DNA of 51,356 bases, taken from positions 1 through 51,356 of the IMG/VR virus record IMGVR_UViG_3300046060_000001; one strand, 5' to 3'. How positions within the stretch are numbered: position 1 is the first letter of the stretch; each line of letters opens with the position of its first letter. Below the pieces are notes generated by a model. The model was not told the origin of the DNA, searched no databases, and worked only from the letters and a program-made list of their open reading frames with translations. The translations under genes were made by a program, and so were the position numbers. This DNA is from a virus. Lineage: Duplodnaviria; Caudoviricetes. Shown here piece after piece: positions 17,724 to 27,890 of this stretch.

Positions 17724-20570
17724 TTATTCAGACGACGTTACTTCGATGTTATCCCAATACCATTGACTCGTGTTACCACCTTTTCCAGAAACCGATATAC
17801 CGCCTTCGTAGTAATTCGTATCGGTAGCCGATACCGTAGCGAGTTTAGAACCTGATTCATCGTACAGAGTAGCAGTTATGTCTCCGTTGTCTCCCCATTC
17901 GACAACGTGTCGGTACCACGTACCCGCCGACGTTGAAACCGATTTACTCGCGAGAACTTCGTATGGGCCGTGACGTCTTATCTCGATCTTCGAATCGCTG
18001 AATAAGATATCGTACCCGTTATCTTTCGTATCTTCCTGTAGTCCGAATCCCGTACGTGCAGTATCTCCTAATTCCGTTCTCACCCAATACTGAAAGGTAT
18101 CTCCGGATTGAGGGTACCGGGGTAGACCCGACATAGAACCGGCATATCCACTGTCGCTGGATGATGTTTCTTCGGTTAGAACGGCGTAGGTACCGTTGTG
18201 TACGACGTTCGATTGAACGGTCGCATTACCTTCAATATGCGAATATTCAGATAGATCGTTATCTTCAAAGTCGTCAACTATGCCGGTGGGACTTGTAACC
18301 GCCGTAATTTCAAACGTGTCAAAATACCATTTATCACCGGATAAACCACCCCCACCAACAGATATTCCACCCGCGGAGTAATTCGTATCATTAGCCGATG
18401 TCGAAGCGAGTTCAGTACCTGATTCATCGTACAGAGTAGCAACTAGATCTCCACCACTTCCCCAATCAACAACGATACGGTACCACGTATCAGCAGACGT
18501 TGAAACCGATTTACTCGAAAGTGCCGTTACTGAATCGTTATCCCATCGGCGAATATCGATTCTTGAGTCATTGAATAAAATATCGTACCCGTTATCCTTC
18601 GTGTCCTCTTGTATCCCGAATCCTACCTCTGTTGAGTTCCCTTTCTCCGATCTCGCCCAATACTGAAACGTGTCCCCGGCTTGAGGATACCGAGGTAGAC
18701 CCGACATAGAACCGGCGTGCCCGTCTTCAGAACTGGTTTCCTCCGTACGAACAGCGTATGTACCATCGTGGACAACGTTCGACTGAACCGCTGTGTTACC
18801 GGTTACATTAGAGTATTCCGATAAGTCGTTATCCTCATAATCGTCAATAATACCAGTAGAATCCGTAACTTCCGTGATTTCACACGTGTCAAAGTACCAC
18901 TTATGTCCGTCGAGTCCCTTTCCAGAAAACGATATACCGCCGTCGGAGTAAGTCGTATCAGTAGCTGATGTCGAAGCGAGTTCAGAGCCCGATTCATCGT
19001 ATAAAGTAGCGGTTATATTTCCGCTTTCTTCCCATTCAACAACGTGTTGATACCATGTAGCGGCGGAAGTCGATACTTTCGTCTCCGAAATAACCGTACC
19101 AGAACCATTATCGAAACGTCGTATGTCGATTTTTGAATCGTTGAATAGGATTTCGTATCCGTTATCTTTCGTGTCTTCTTGTAATCCGAAACCCATCCTT
19201 GCTGTATTTCCTTGCTCCGTTCTAACCCAATACTGAAACGTATCACCGGCTTGTGGATACCGGGATAAACCCGACATAGAACCAGCGTGTCCGCGAGTAA
19301 CATCCGACGTCTCTTCCGTACGGATAGCGTATGTATCGTCGTGGACTACGTTTGATTGAGTCGCCGTGTTACCTTCAATACTCGAATATTCTGATAGATT
19401 ATTATCCTCAAAATCGTCAACTATACCAGTACTACGATCCGTACCAGTTGTCTGAGATCCAGTAGTTTTTATAAATGCATAATCTGCATAACTAGTCGAA
19501 GAAGAATCACTTTCGGTCCAACCATGACCCCCTTCACTCCATGTGGAATCAGAACCACTAGTTGAGGCTACCTCGCTACCATTAGCATCAAACAACTTTG
19601 CAGTCATCGAACCACCACTACCCCAATCAACCTCAAATTTAGCCCATTCTTTTGTGGGGACAGTAAATCCAGACGTGTTCTCAGATATCGTGGATTCAGT
19701 TCCTCCATCATTTTTACCCAACGTCCAATTACCGTTTGGAGCGTCTGCTTCCACGAAGTAATAATTCGAGCTATCCTGGAATCCAAAGAGAAACCTCATA
19801 ACCCCACCCGAATCAATATAATGCTGACTCTCGAATGTATCTCCAGCTATAGCATCATTATTTAGCTGGTCTTTTGCTGCATGAATCGTAGTAGTACCAC
19901 TTATTTCTAACGCGTACGTACCATGTTCTACAGGGATCTCTGCACTATTTTTAACCGTAGCTGAACCAGTATCGCCAGAGTACTCAGAGATGTCCCCATC
20001 CTCGAAATCTTCTATTCCAGTACTTTGCGAAATAGTTCTACAGTAATCAAACCAAACAGTTTTGGTCTCCCCAGTAACTCCACTAGAAGCAGCCCATCCT
20101 ATGCCCCCACCAGTATACGTTGAATCTCCCGTTGATACAGAACCAAGGCTAGTCCCGCTATCATTGAAAACTTCTACAGAGAACCCCCCGCCACCAGTCC
20201 ATGATATCTCTACCTCTAAAAACTCTCCCTCAGGTACACTACCCAAGTCTTGAGTACCCAAATCAGTAAAGCTTCCTCCATCAATTAAGTAGATTCTAAG
20301 CTCATCCGTAAAGGGTTCTATACTAACTCTATATGTATTATCGCCACTTGAATCTGAAGCAAAATAGAAATGTGAGGTACTCTCTCCATCTCCAAGATAG
20401 GTCTCATATCTAAAGTCATCTCCATCTGTCGGATAGTACGGTAGTCCACTCGTAGATATAACGGGGTCTTCGCTCGATCCATCACTTTCTATTGCGACAG
20501 CATAACTCCCATGCTCTACTGGATATGTAACAATCTCCGACCTATTATTCGGGTCGCTATATTCAGACAT
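17724..20570 (-). CDS. Tail fibre/adhesin of five tandem ~190-aa beta-sandwich (lectin-like) modules
   Basis: Five modules starting (D/E)D(F/Y)EDxxxSEY, with Trp/Tyr-rich strands and GG(I/H) near each end; the frame stays open upstream to 20723. Confidence 0.75.
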   Translation of the reverse strand: MSEYSDPNNRSEIVTYPVEHGSYAVAIESDGSSEDPVISTSGLPYYPTDGDDFRYETYLGDGESTSHFYFASDSSGDNTYRVSIEPFTDELRIYLIDGGSFTDLGTQDLGSVPEGEFLEVEISWTGGGGFSVEVFNDSGTSLGSVSTGDSTYTGGGIGWAASSGVTGETKTVWFDYCRTISQSTGIEDFEDGDISEYSGDTGSATVKNSAEIPVEHGTYALEISGTTTIHAAKDQLNNDAIAGDTFESQHYIDSGGVMRFLFGFQDSSNYYFVEADAPNGNWTLGKNDGGTESTISENTSGFTVPTKEWAKFEVDWGSGGSMTAKLFDANGSEVASTSGSDSTWSEGGHGWTESDSSSTSYADYAFIKTTGSQTTGTDRSTGIVDDFEDNNLSEYSSIEGNTATQSNVVHDDTYAIRTEETSDVTRGHAGSMSGLSRYPQAGDTFQYWVRTEQGNTARMGFGLQEDTKDNGYEILFNDSKIDIRRFDNGSGTVISETKVSTSAATWYQHVVEWEESGNITATLYDESGSELASTSATDTTYSDGGISFSGKGLDGHKWYFDTCEITEVTDSTGIIDDYEDNDLSEYSNVTGNTAVQSNVVHDGTYAVRTEETSSEDGHAGSMSGLPRYPQAGDTFQYWARSEKGNSTEVGFGIQEDTKDNGYDILFNDSRIDIRRWDNDSVTALSSKSVSTSADTWYRIVVDWGSGGDLVATLYDESGTELASTSANDTNYSAGGISVGGGGLSGDKWYFDTFEITAVTSPTGIVDDFEDNDLSEYSHIEGNATVQSNVVHNGTYAVLTEETSSSDSGYAGSMSGLPRYPQSGDTFQYWVRTELGDTARTGFGLQEDTKDNGYDILFSDSKIEIRRHGPYEVLASKSVSTSAGTWYRHVVEWGDNGDITATLYDESGSKLATVSATDTNYYEGGISVSGKGGNTSQWYWDNIEVTSSE
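17727..19431 (-). repeat. Three closely related ~570-bp intragenic repeats
   Basis: Modules start near 19431, 18857 and 18287 and share AGSMSGL.RYPQ.GDTFQYW, QEDTKDNGY, ATLYDESG with DNA-level identity. Confidence 0.9.
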
Positions 20571-20629
20571 ATCTCCATCTTCGAAGTCATCAATATTAGA
20601 AGTATCAGGCTCCCGGTTGTCTGTAATAG

Positions 20630-20839
20630 TTACAACTTCGGACGTATTGTCCGTTCGACAACCCTCGAAATTGGAGATAAAACATCTTGTGGTGAAAAAG
20701 AGCCGGCCGGAGGTTGAGTCTGTCTACTTTCCTCCATTTTCTGAACTCTCTGCTTAACACTACGTACTTCCTCTGCAACCTTTTCTGCATCTTCATCATC
20801 TCTACTTCCACCTCCGCCTCCATTAATATTCTGTGACAT
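20630..20839 (-). CDS. Short coiled-coil ORF, possibly the frameshifted N-terminus of the adhesin
   Basis: TAATG-coupled to the upstream gene; overlaps the open -1 frame of the adhesin. Confidence 0.5.
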   Translation of the reverse strand: MSQNINGGGGGSRDDEDAEKVAEEVRSVKQRVQKMEESRQTQPPAGSFSPQDVLSPISRVVERTIRPKL

Positions 20840-21426
20840 TATCCAGATCTGAACTGAAGTTCTATTTCGATTGTTACCGTCTTATTACTCGTCTTGGATA
20901 TATCACTTATCACTGCTCGATTAAACATTGTGCCACCACTTGACGCTGTAAATATTCCAACCTCTCTAAGTGTATTACCATTTGCCTCGTTTTCTCCGAT
21001 TAGCGTTTGAACCTTCACGTTCTTACCATTGTCATCGGAGGAATCTACCCCCTCTCTATGAACCTCGTTTCCAAGTGAACTATCGCTCGGAGATTCAGAA
21101 GAATCATCCGTACCAACCGCTATATGACTCGCATCCAAATCACTAGGACTCTGAGTAGAATCGATCTCATCCACAATATACTTATGGAGACCATCGACAG
21201 TCGTATTAAACGTAACATTTACCTGCTTTCGGGGGACAAAGGACTCAAGGGCCTCGATTCTTGCCGCGTCTAACGGTTCTAGCTTCTCTCTGAAGTCCTC
21301 TCCTAGTAACCATGATAGGGCCTCGTAGTCATCCCATTCGGGGAGTTTATCTCTTATCTGGTTGACATCGTACACCGTAGTAGTAATTCTCCCCTGTACA
21401 AAGACTCCCTGTGCTTTCGTGGACAT
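20839..21426 (-). CDS. Minor tail/baseplate protein
   Basis: HIAVGTD...LGNEV.R...EANG.TLREVGIF...MFNRAV pattern typical of tail-fibre attachment domains. Confidence 0.65.
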   Translation of the reverse strand: MSTKAQGVFVQGRITTTVYDVNQIRDKLPEWDDYEALSWLLGEDFREKLEPLDAARIEALESFVPRKQVNVTFNTTVDGLHKYIVDEIDSTQSPSDLDASHIAVGTDDSSESPSDSSLGNEVHREGVDSSDDNGKNVKVQTLIGENEANGNTLREVGIFTASSGGTMFNRAVISDISKTSNKTVTIEIELQFRSG

Positions 21427-22859
21427 TAGACGTTAGCCTCCGTTTTGAACGACAGATCAGCCATTAGCCTCGAATCTCTATATGTTACATCCTTCTTCGT
21501 AACGACGTGGATACCACTTGCTTTGGCCTCGGATTTATCTATCTTTATTTTATCTCCGGCATCCAAGTTATGCATCCGACTAGAGTCGGCAGTAAGAGTC
21601 GTCTCTCCTGCTGGGTCGCTTCCCTTAGCAGTTATCGTTGTGCCGATATCTTTCCCTTCTGACTCTCCAACTATGTTCTCCCTCCTATATCTTCCATCGT
21701 ACTGCCTGTACTCATCTATACTAGATTGATTATTCACTACGACGTTGGTCGGATAGTAATAGTAGACCTTGTACGTCAACTCTCCAGTTGACGCCTCATA
21801 TCCAACATCATGTCCGTCTGAGCCATCTGCTGCTATGATAAGCCACGGATTAGGGTCGGGCAGTTTATGCTCAGGCATATGCCACGTGTTCCAACCATCC
21901 GACAAATCACTAGGTCCTCTTTCAGATCTTGAAAGGTCGCTTTTTTCGTCTCCACAAGCTTTTGGTGTTCCGCCGTCGTCGGATTGAATACGAACCTTCA
22001 AATCATCATTGCTAGTAGTATCTTCATTGATATCTAGTTCTACACGTGATATCTCAGATTTTCTAACGGTTACCTGCTGCATTCTATAGTTGGAATCAGT
22101 AACTCTCTCGTAATCGTCTTGCGTAGTCTGCTGAATATCGAGACCCACCTCTCTAACTCCATCTATAGTCACAGAGTTCTTCAACGGTTTATCCGATAGG
22201 TCATACTCGAAGGTTCCTTTGTAATCAGTATCAGCCAACTGAAACTCTACGGATACGCTCGATTTTTCGTCTATGACTAAGTCCTTTCCATCGCTTCTAG
22301 AAACCATCTGAGTCTGCTTTAACATTCTATTTATCGCTTCTAAAAGATTTGTCCTCTGAAATTCAACTGACCTCGTATCGGTAATACTAGATATCTGCGA
22401 CCTTCCTATTTCTGAAGCCTCATTTGCAATTATCGTATCTATGATCGCTCTTGAAGCACCAGCAATTTGGACATCCTCGAATGCATCAGTAACCTGCCGA
22501 TTACTGAGAATTCCAAACACAAAGTCATCGCATTTCAACGTCATAATATTCTGCTCTGGACCAGGAAGTGAAAAGGAGGGCTTCCTTAGTAGTCCCGTCC
22601 ACTCATCAGTTTTACTACTTTCTCCCACCATTTGAGTTCTAAAAAGCAATCTATCCCCCACTCCAACACTCGAACTATACTTAGCGTCGTTATTCTGGAT
22701 CTCTATTGTAGCGGTATCCTTCTTTTCCTGTATCTTTTCAGTATAATCAACTTTCCTAATATCATTTTGTTCGATAACCTCATCTGCCCCGCTTCCAGTA
22801 GTACTTGTATTTCCAGGCTCGAAGACCAAAATATCAGCGTCGATTACTGTCCTCGTCAT
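21426..22859 (-). CDS. Tail tip/hub protein
   Basis: Follows the tape measure gene; GDKIKI...VTKKDVTY C-terminal hub-like pattern. Confidence 0.6.
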   Translation of the reverse strand: MTRTVIDADILVFEPGNTSTTGSGADEVIEQNDIRKVDYTEKIQEKKDTATIEIQNNDAKYSSSVGVGDRLLFRTQMVGESSKTDEWTGLLRKPSFSLPGPEQNIMTLKCDDFVFGILSNRQVTDAFEDVQIAGASRAIIDTIIANEASEIGRSQISSITDTRSVEFQRTNLLEAINRMLKQTQMVSRSDGKDLVIDEKSSVSVEFQLADTDYKGTFEYDLSDKPLKNSVTIDGVREVGLDIQQTTQDDYERVTDSNYRMQQVTVRKSEISRVELDINEDTTSNDDLKVRIQSDDGGTPKACGDEKSDLSRSERGPSDLSDGWNTWHMPEHKLPDPNPWLIIAADGSDGHDVGYEASTGELTYKVYYYYPTNVVVNNQSSIDEYRQYDGRYRRENIVGESEGKDIGTTITAKGSDPAGETTLTADSSRMHNLDAGDKIKIDKSEAKASGIHVVTKKDVTYRDSRLMADLSFKTEANV

Positions 22860-25291
22860 ATTCCTGTATCGGAAACATTGAGGCTATTGAGTTCCCTCTC
22901 AAGGGCGGAAGCCGCTTCTCTTCCACCCTCCTTCGAATCGGCGACGATGCTATCTATATTGATTTGTGTCTCCTTACTCGCCTGCTGCATAGCAGCCATA
23001 CCTTCTCCCTGTAGCCTATCAGCAGTCTGTCTCGCACCCGCAATGCCTTGATCAAGCATCGACGTAACGCTTCCAGCGTTAAGATCCACTCCACTAACTC
23101 CCGGTAACTCATTAATACCCTGTTGCAGGGACGAAGTCATCTTTTGGATGACGTTCCTAATCGCTTTGAGCATAACCTGTACGAACCGACTCTTCCATGA
23201 CTTCGCGAGTTTAATTATACCGGTGAAGAAACTCTTGAAGGCCTCTAGTGCCCCTCGAAGTATCGACGGTATTCTCCCGACGAAGCCAGTAAACAAGCCC
23301 AAGATATTAAGTAATCCCTGCTTGATCATATCAGGGATAATACTACTTCCTATGTATTTATCTATCAGTCCAGCTATCCACTCCCAGATGCCTTGGAAGA
23401 ATCCCTTAATACTCTTTCCAAATATTCCAAGTACCTGCTTAAACGCCTCGACTGCTCCAGAGAGGTCTCCCTGAACCAACTTGACGATTGCAGCTCCAGT
23501 TGCCGCGAGGAGTGGAATGAGCCCAAGACTAAATATTCCCATCAGAGCAAGGAGTGTTTCGGTGAGGTCGCCTCCGAGGAACTCCCCAAAGCTTTCCCCC
23601 GCGTTTCTTATATGCTCGAATGCTCCAACCATTGACATCAACTTAACTACAGCTAATCCGATTGCCGCTCCAATTATTACAGCCACAGTCCAAATACTAG
23701 CTAGCGCTCCTGCGACGACTTTCGCATATGCAGCTACTGTAGACAGAGCTGGGGCGAGTCTAGCCAACCACGAGCCTAATCTAACTGCTCCGCCAGCAAG
23801 CCTCAATATCGCCCCGGTAAGGCCTTGGAATCCCAGCGCTGTTAAAACCACTGAAGCAACTTTAGCTATCAGCAGGAATATAGGCAGTAGAAGGTGCAGC
23901 GCTACTAATGCTTTACTAGTTTCATCGTCGAACTGTGTCATGAACTCCATCCAACCATCCATCGCTCTAATGAGCATAGTTAGCGCTGGAATAACAACCT
24001 TCGCAGCGACTGTACCAAATTCTAACAGGGTAGGCCCGAAGTCTATAAGCGCATCGAGGAGATCCTCCCAATGAGGTCTAAGTTCCTCGACGCTTTCCTG
24101 CATTGCCTCCATTGCGGCTGGACCGTTTTCCCTCCAGAAGGCCATGAAGTCTCTAAGGACAGGGAGGGCGCTTCTGCCCATATCTACCATGAATCCAATG
24201 AGTGCAGGGATATTCTTCATTCCAGCAGCTCCGAGATCCCTAACAAACTCCTTGAACTCGTCCATGGGACCAAGTGCATCTATGATATTCTCGAGTAGTT
24301 TCGGTAGTGCTCCAACTCCTTCCTCGATTAGAGGAATGAACTCCTGGCCGAACGGAATTATAACATCGAGGAGTTCATCCTTCATATTACTCATCTCGCC
24401 CGTTAGAGCACCGAAGATAGTAGTCTCTTCCTCAAGTTTCTTCTTTCTTTCTTTGAGACTATCGAGCCATCTCTGATTGGCGTCTGAAAGCTCCCCACGG
24501 CGTTCCTTCATATTCTCGAGCTTCTTTATCCACTTATCAGTTTGCTCGAGGTTTTCTTGGTTCTGCTGCGCTAATTTGTCCCCCCAAGCTATGAATCCAG
24601 CTCCAACAACGGCAGCGACTCCGGCAGCTATACCAGCAAGACCTCCAGCCATAACGAAGAATAGAGCTACCACCGGTGCGATGACAGTAGCAAGAGTCAA
24701 GAATGCGGGAATGAGTGACGCGAGCATAACTATTGATATCGAACCAAACGAAATCCTTGCTGAGGATGCAGCTGCTGCCAATCCAGAGAAACTCGCAGCA
24801 AGTCCTGCTGCCTTGACTCCCGTCTTAGTCATTTCGTCCCCAGCTTCCTCTGTAGCTTCCTCTAGGGACTTAACTCCGAGAGCCGCGAGAACAGCCTCAT
24901 CTCCTAATTCATCTATAATAGATTGAAGAACTGCGGTGGGGACTGAAGTTTTGGTTGCCTCTCCAGTCATATCTCTAAGTTGACTTTCGAGGGCCTGTAA
25001 TCCAGCAGTGTTTTGTATTACTTCGTCATCCAATTGGTCAAGTACCTGACGGAGACTCTCGACCTGAGTCGTTGCGAATGCAGATTCATCTCCCGCTTCA
25101 TCTATCGCGCTTTGGGTAGCTTGGAATGCTGCAGCTAGTTCCGTAGCCTCATCTCCAGCTTCATCCAGAGTCCGCTCCGCCAACCCCATGTTTTCGACTA
25201 AGTCCCGGATAGAACTGTTGACCGAAGATATACCCTTCTTAAAGTCGGCGGTAGCTGCGCCGATACTAACATCTAGTCCATCGAAGGCCAT
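22856..25291 (-). CDS. Tape measure protein
   Basis: 811 aa, Ala/Gly/Leu-rich and helical, with hydrophobic stretches and N-terminal 21-aa DEAGDE repeats; follows the chaperones. Confidence 0.9.
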   Translation of the reverse strand: MAFDGLDVSIGAATADFKKGISSVNSSIRDLVENMGLAERTLDEAGDEATELAAAFQATQSAIDEAGDESAFATTQVESLRQVLDQLDDEVIQNTAGLQALESQLRDMTGEATKTSVPTAVLQSIIDELGDEAVLAALGVKSLEEATEEAGDEMTKTGVKAAGLAASFSGLAAAASSARISFGSISIVMLASLIPAFLTLATVIAPVVALFFVMAGGLAGIAAGVAAVVGAGFIAWGDKLAQQNQENLEQTDKWIKKLENMKERRGELSDANQRWLDSLKERKKKLEEETTIFGALTGEMSNMKDELLDVIIPFGQEFIPLIEEGVGALPKLLENIIDALGPMDEFKEFVRDLGAAGMKNIPALIGFMVDMGRSALPVLRDFMAFWRENGPAAMEAMQESVEELRPHWEDLLDALIDFGPTLLEFGTVAAKVVIPALTMLIRAMDGWMEFMTQFDDETSKALVALHLLLPIFLLIAKVASVVLTALGFQGLTGAILRLAGGAVRLGSWLARLAPALSTVAAYAKVVAGALASIWTVAVIIGAAIGLAVVKLMSMVGAFEHIRNAGESFGEFLGGDLTETLLALMGIFSLGLIPLLAATGAAIVKLVQGDLSGAVEAFKQVLGIFGKSIKGFFQGIWEWIAGLIDKYIGSSIIPDMIKQGLLNILGLFTGFVGRIPSILRGALEAFKSFFTGIIKLAKSWKSRFVQVMLKAIRNVIQKMTSSLQQGINELPGVSGVDLNAGSVTSMLDQGIAGARQTADRLQGEGMAAMQQASKETQINIDSIVADSKEGGREAASALERELNSLNVSDTGI

Positions 25292-25558
25292 TTACAAGTT
25301 CTTCCTCCACTCATTCCGTGACTTCGTAGCGTTATAATGCCTTCTACTCTGACTTCTTCCACCTCTGCCTTTTCCAGCTCTTTTTGCTTCTCTGTGAGCT
25401 TCCTGCTTTTCTATTACCTCTATCAAGTGAGCGAGTTGGAGCATGGCTATTTCCTGCTCGTGTAGGCCCGTAAGAGGTGCTTCGCCATGGAACGTATAGC
25501 CATACTCATGCATCTTTTTGTAAAACAGAGCCCGCTGCTCTGTCTCAGTCAGTTTCCC
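25292..25558 (-). CDS. Tail assembly chaperone, -1 frame extension (gpT equivalent)
   Basis: -1 frame from the slippery site reads GKLTETEQRALFYKKMHEYG... through to stop 25292. Confidence 0.8.
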   Translation of the reverse strand, partial: GKLTETEQRALFYKKMHEYGYTFHGEAPLTGLHEQEIAMLQLAHLIEVIEKQEAHREAKRAGKGRGGRSQSRRHYNATKSRNEWRKNL

Positions 25559-25920
25559 GCTGCTTCTACCATCTCACGCTTTTGCTGAATTTCCTCGACC
25601 ACTTCAGTGTCGACGCTGGACTCCTCCATGAGCTTGTTTAGAAGCTGCATCATGATATTGGGATGCGTCGATTCCCAATCCGTATCTAACTCAACATGCT
25701 CCTCCCAAATGATATCGACAGCCTCTTCTCCCATCTCTCCCTCGATATCGATACCCATCTGTTCCTCGTACTTGAGCTGCTCTCCAGGAAGAATCGGTCG
25801 TATCTTTCCGTCGTACGTCTCTCCCTTGTGGTGAATGGGGACAGTAATAGGAAGTGCTCGACCGTCCTCGTCTCTCTTTACTTCAGCTACATCAGCCGTA
25901 AGTTCGGGATTGTCGCTCAT
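25549..25920 (-). CDS. Tail assembly chaperone (gpG equivalent)
   Basis: Between tail tube and tape measure; ends AAGN at the slippery site. Confidence 0.85.
   Translation of the reverse strand: MSDNPELTADVAEVKRDEDGRALPITVPIHHKGETYDGKIRPILPGEQLKYEEQMGIDIEGEMGEEAVDIIWEEHVELDTDWESTHPNIMMQLLNKLMEESSVDTEVVEEIQQKREMVEAAGN
25552..25558 (-). promoter_or_regulatory. Programmed -1 frameshift slippery heptamer G GGA AAC
   Basis: X XXY YYZ heptamer in frame immediately before the chaperone TGA. Confidence 0.85.
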
Positions 25921-25923
25921 TGT

Positions 25924-27165
25924 TTATGCGTGGCTCTGTGTTATCTCCGGGTCGCCCTGTCCTTGGAACGTATTGGACGTGATAACATTGGCATCTCCTT
26001 CACTATACTCCTGGTCTCCAACATCTGTTACCTGAGCGCTTTTGACTGTGACCGTACCACCAGTACCCGATACAGCATCAGCGTAGACGTAATCGATATC
26101 TCCCGTGGTTCCACGTAGATGTCTAACGTGCTGCTGGTGGGTATCGAATTTCCCAGCCGTATCGCCCTCAACTTCTACTGTTCTAGGTCCGACGTCTATG
26201 CTCATCCTACGACTACCCTGTTGAGCTTCAGTACTAACATCGAACTCTATAGTTAGGTCAAGGGCATGTACTCTTGGAGCGATCTCTCCAGAGCCGAAGT
26301 TGGACGATGTACCCATGAACTGGAAGTCCTCGGGGTCTGTCCCGATTGCAGACGCATGAGAGCCAGATCCGAGTTTTGGTATGCCCCTATCTCCTTCGGC
26401 TCCATCTTCGCTCGATCCCTGTAGGCCATCCTCGAGGATCGTAGTACCGCTTCCATCAGTAACGTTGATCTTACTTCCGGGTTCGGACTCTGCCCAAATA
26501 GCATCTATATCTGAGAACGATGACGTAGTCGTTGCTGTACTGTTGCCAGCGACAGTAACAGTCTCGGAGGTACCAGCCCCCTCGTTCTCGATAGTAACGT
26601 CTATGGAGCTACTATCTGTATTCTCGATATCGAGTGTCGTACTACCAGATGGCTGATGGACTACGTACGATCTCGATTTTTCAGCAGTATACTCCACCTC
26701 AAGAGCTATCGGTTGAGCTTCGGATGGATCTCCCGGCGAAGTACCCGTCGTTGGCCTCGCTCCAGCTCCTACAGTGTACTGCCTGAATCCATTACCATCA
26801 TTTCCACCTTCTCCAACCTCCCTCCGCATGACGACTGTATGCGAACTTAGGTCTGACTGGAAATCATGGTCTATCATGTACCCAATGGGGTCCTGGACAT
26901 TACCACCACCGTCCACGAAGAACCTCTGCATTAGGTACTCGATTGTCAAACTATGCTCCTCTGGACCTCGGAATATCTGTTCAGTCGACCCTTGACCAAC
27001 GGGCGTAACCCCATCAGTTCCAGCATCAGCGTCCCAACCGGGGACGGAAAGGATGAAGTCGCTGAACCTCTTCCAGCTCGCCCCTGTCTCAAGGGTTCCT
27101 GGAGTAGACTCCTCGACCCATTCGGATCTTACGTTTGTGAGTGCGTTCTCTGTGGGTGCTCCCAT
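25924..27165 (-). CDS. Major tail (tube) protein
   Basis: Position; EWVEESTPG N-terminus; beta-rich with Ser/Thr-rich insertion. Confidence 0.75.
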   Translation of the reverse strand: MGAPTENALTNVRSEWVEESTPGTLETGASWKRFSDFILSVPGWDADAGTDGVTPVGQGSTEQIFRGPEEHSLTIEYLMQRFFVDGGGNVQDPIGYMIDHDFQSDLSSHTVVMRREVGEGGNDGNGFRQYTVGAGARPTTGTSPGDPSEAQPIALEVEYTAEKSRSYVVHQPSGSTTLDIENTDSSSIDVTIENEGAGTSETVTVAGNSTATTTSSFSDIDAIWAESEPGSKINVTDGSGTTILEDGLQGSSEDGAEGDRGIPKLGSGSHASAIGTDPEDFQFMGTSSNFGSGEIAPRVHALDLTIEFDVSTEAQQGSRRMSIDVGPRTVEVEGDTAGKFDTHQQHVRHLRGTTGDIDYVYADAVSGTGGTVTVKSAQVTDVGDQEYSEGDANVITSNTFQGQGDPEITQSHA

Positions 27166-27168
27166 TAG

Positions 27169-27357
27169 TTATCTTTCTCCTGTGGACCTTTCTCCTGTGG
27201 ACCGGTGTTTCTTTTCGACCTCGATACCACTATCATCGAGTAGCTGTTGACCTAATTCTTTCTTTACACGGAATGAGCCATCCTCGCTAGGTTCAATGGC
27301 TTCATCCATGTAGGGCCTCTTGAACTCCTTTGTTCCTTCTTGTACTTTAAGCCTCAT
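27169..27357 (-). CDS. Small hypothetical virion protein
   Basis: ATG 27357; ends with a 15-bp tandem duplication (27173-27202) encoding STGER twice. Confidence 0.55.
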   Translation of the reverse strand: MRLKVQEGTKEFKRPYMDEAIEPSEDGSFRVKKELGQQLLDDSGIEVEKKHRSTGERSTGER

Positions 27358-27359
27358 TG

Positions 27360-27890
27360 TTAACTCCTGAGCCAAGCGTAGCTGACTGTTACCTGGTCCA
27401 TCGCGACAGTTTCTCCCTCTCCCATCGTATCTTCTGGCTGACTTGACGGAGAACTGCCGATATAATACCAATCTGTACTTCCACCATCAGCGTTGTCCAT
27501 GCAGATGTTTTCCACCTCGTTGAGTATCTCGAATATTATCCGTTCAGCATCGACTGCTGAGTAATTGTTCGAATCTCCTACGTAGGTCTCCTCTTCCTCA
27601 GCTCTCGCTGCAGCAATGATCAAACCACTTCTTTGCTGTCCGGGATTACCGTCATCCATGTACTCGTAGGTGGTTGCCCCTCCCGCTGATTCATTGCTCC
27701 AACTAACAATGAGACTCGGGTAGATTTCTCCCACTCTGTCTATGCTGGTAGCTATTGGTATGAACGACTCTCTTGCCGGGTCTTTTACAGATGCATCGAA
27801 GCCCCGAACATTATCAGGCTCCCAATCCGGAACCAGAACGTCCTCGATGAACAGTCTATCTGGTTTTTTGGGGAGACTTCTCGGACTCAT
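27360..27890 (-). CDS. Tail terminator/completion protein
   Basis: Position and size; YPSLIV strand. Confidence 0.55.
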   Translation of the reverse strand: MSPRSLPKKPDRLFIEDVLVPDWEPDNVRGFDASVKDPARESFIPIATSIDRVGEIYPSLIVSWSNESAGGATTYEYMDDGNPGQQRSGLIIAAARAEEEETYVGDSNNYSAVDAERIIFEILNEVENICMDNADGGSTDWYYIGSSPSSQPEDTMGEGETVAMDQVTVSYAWLRS

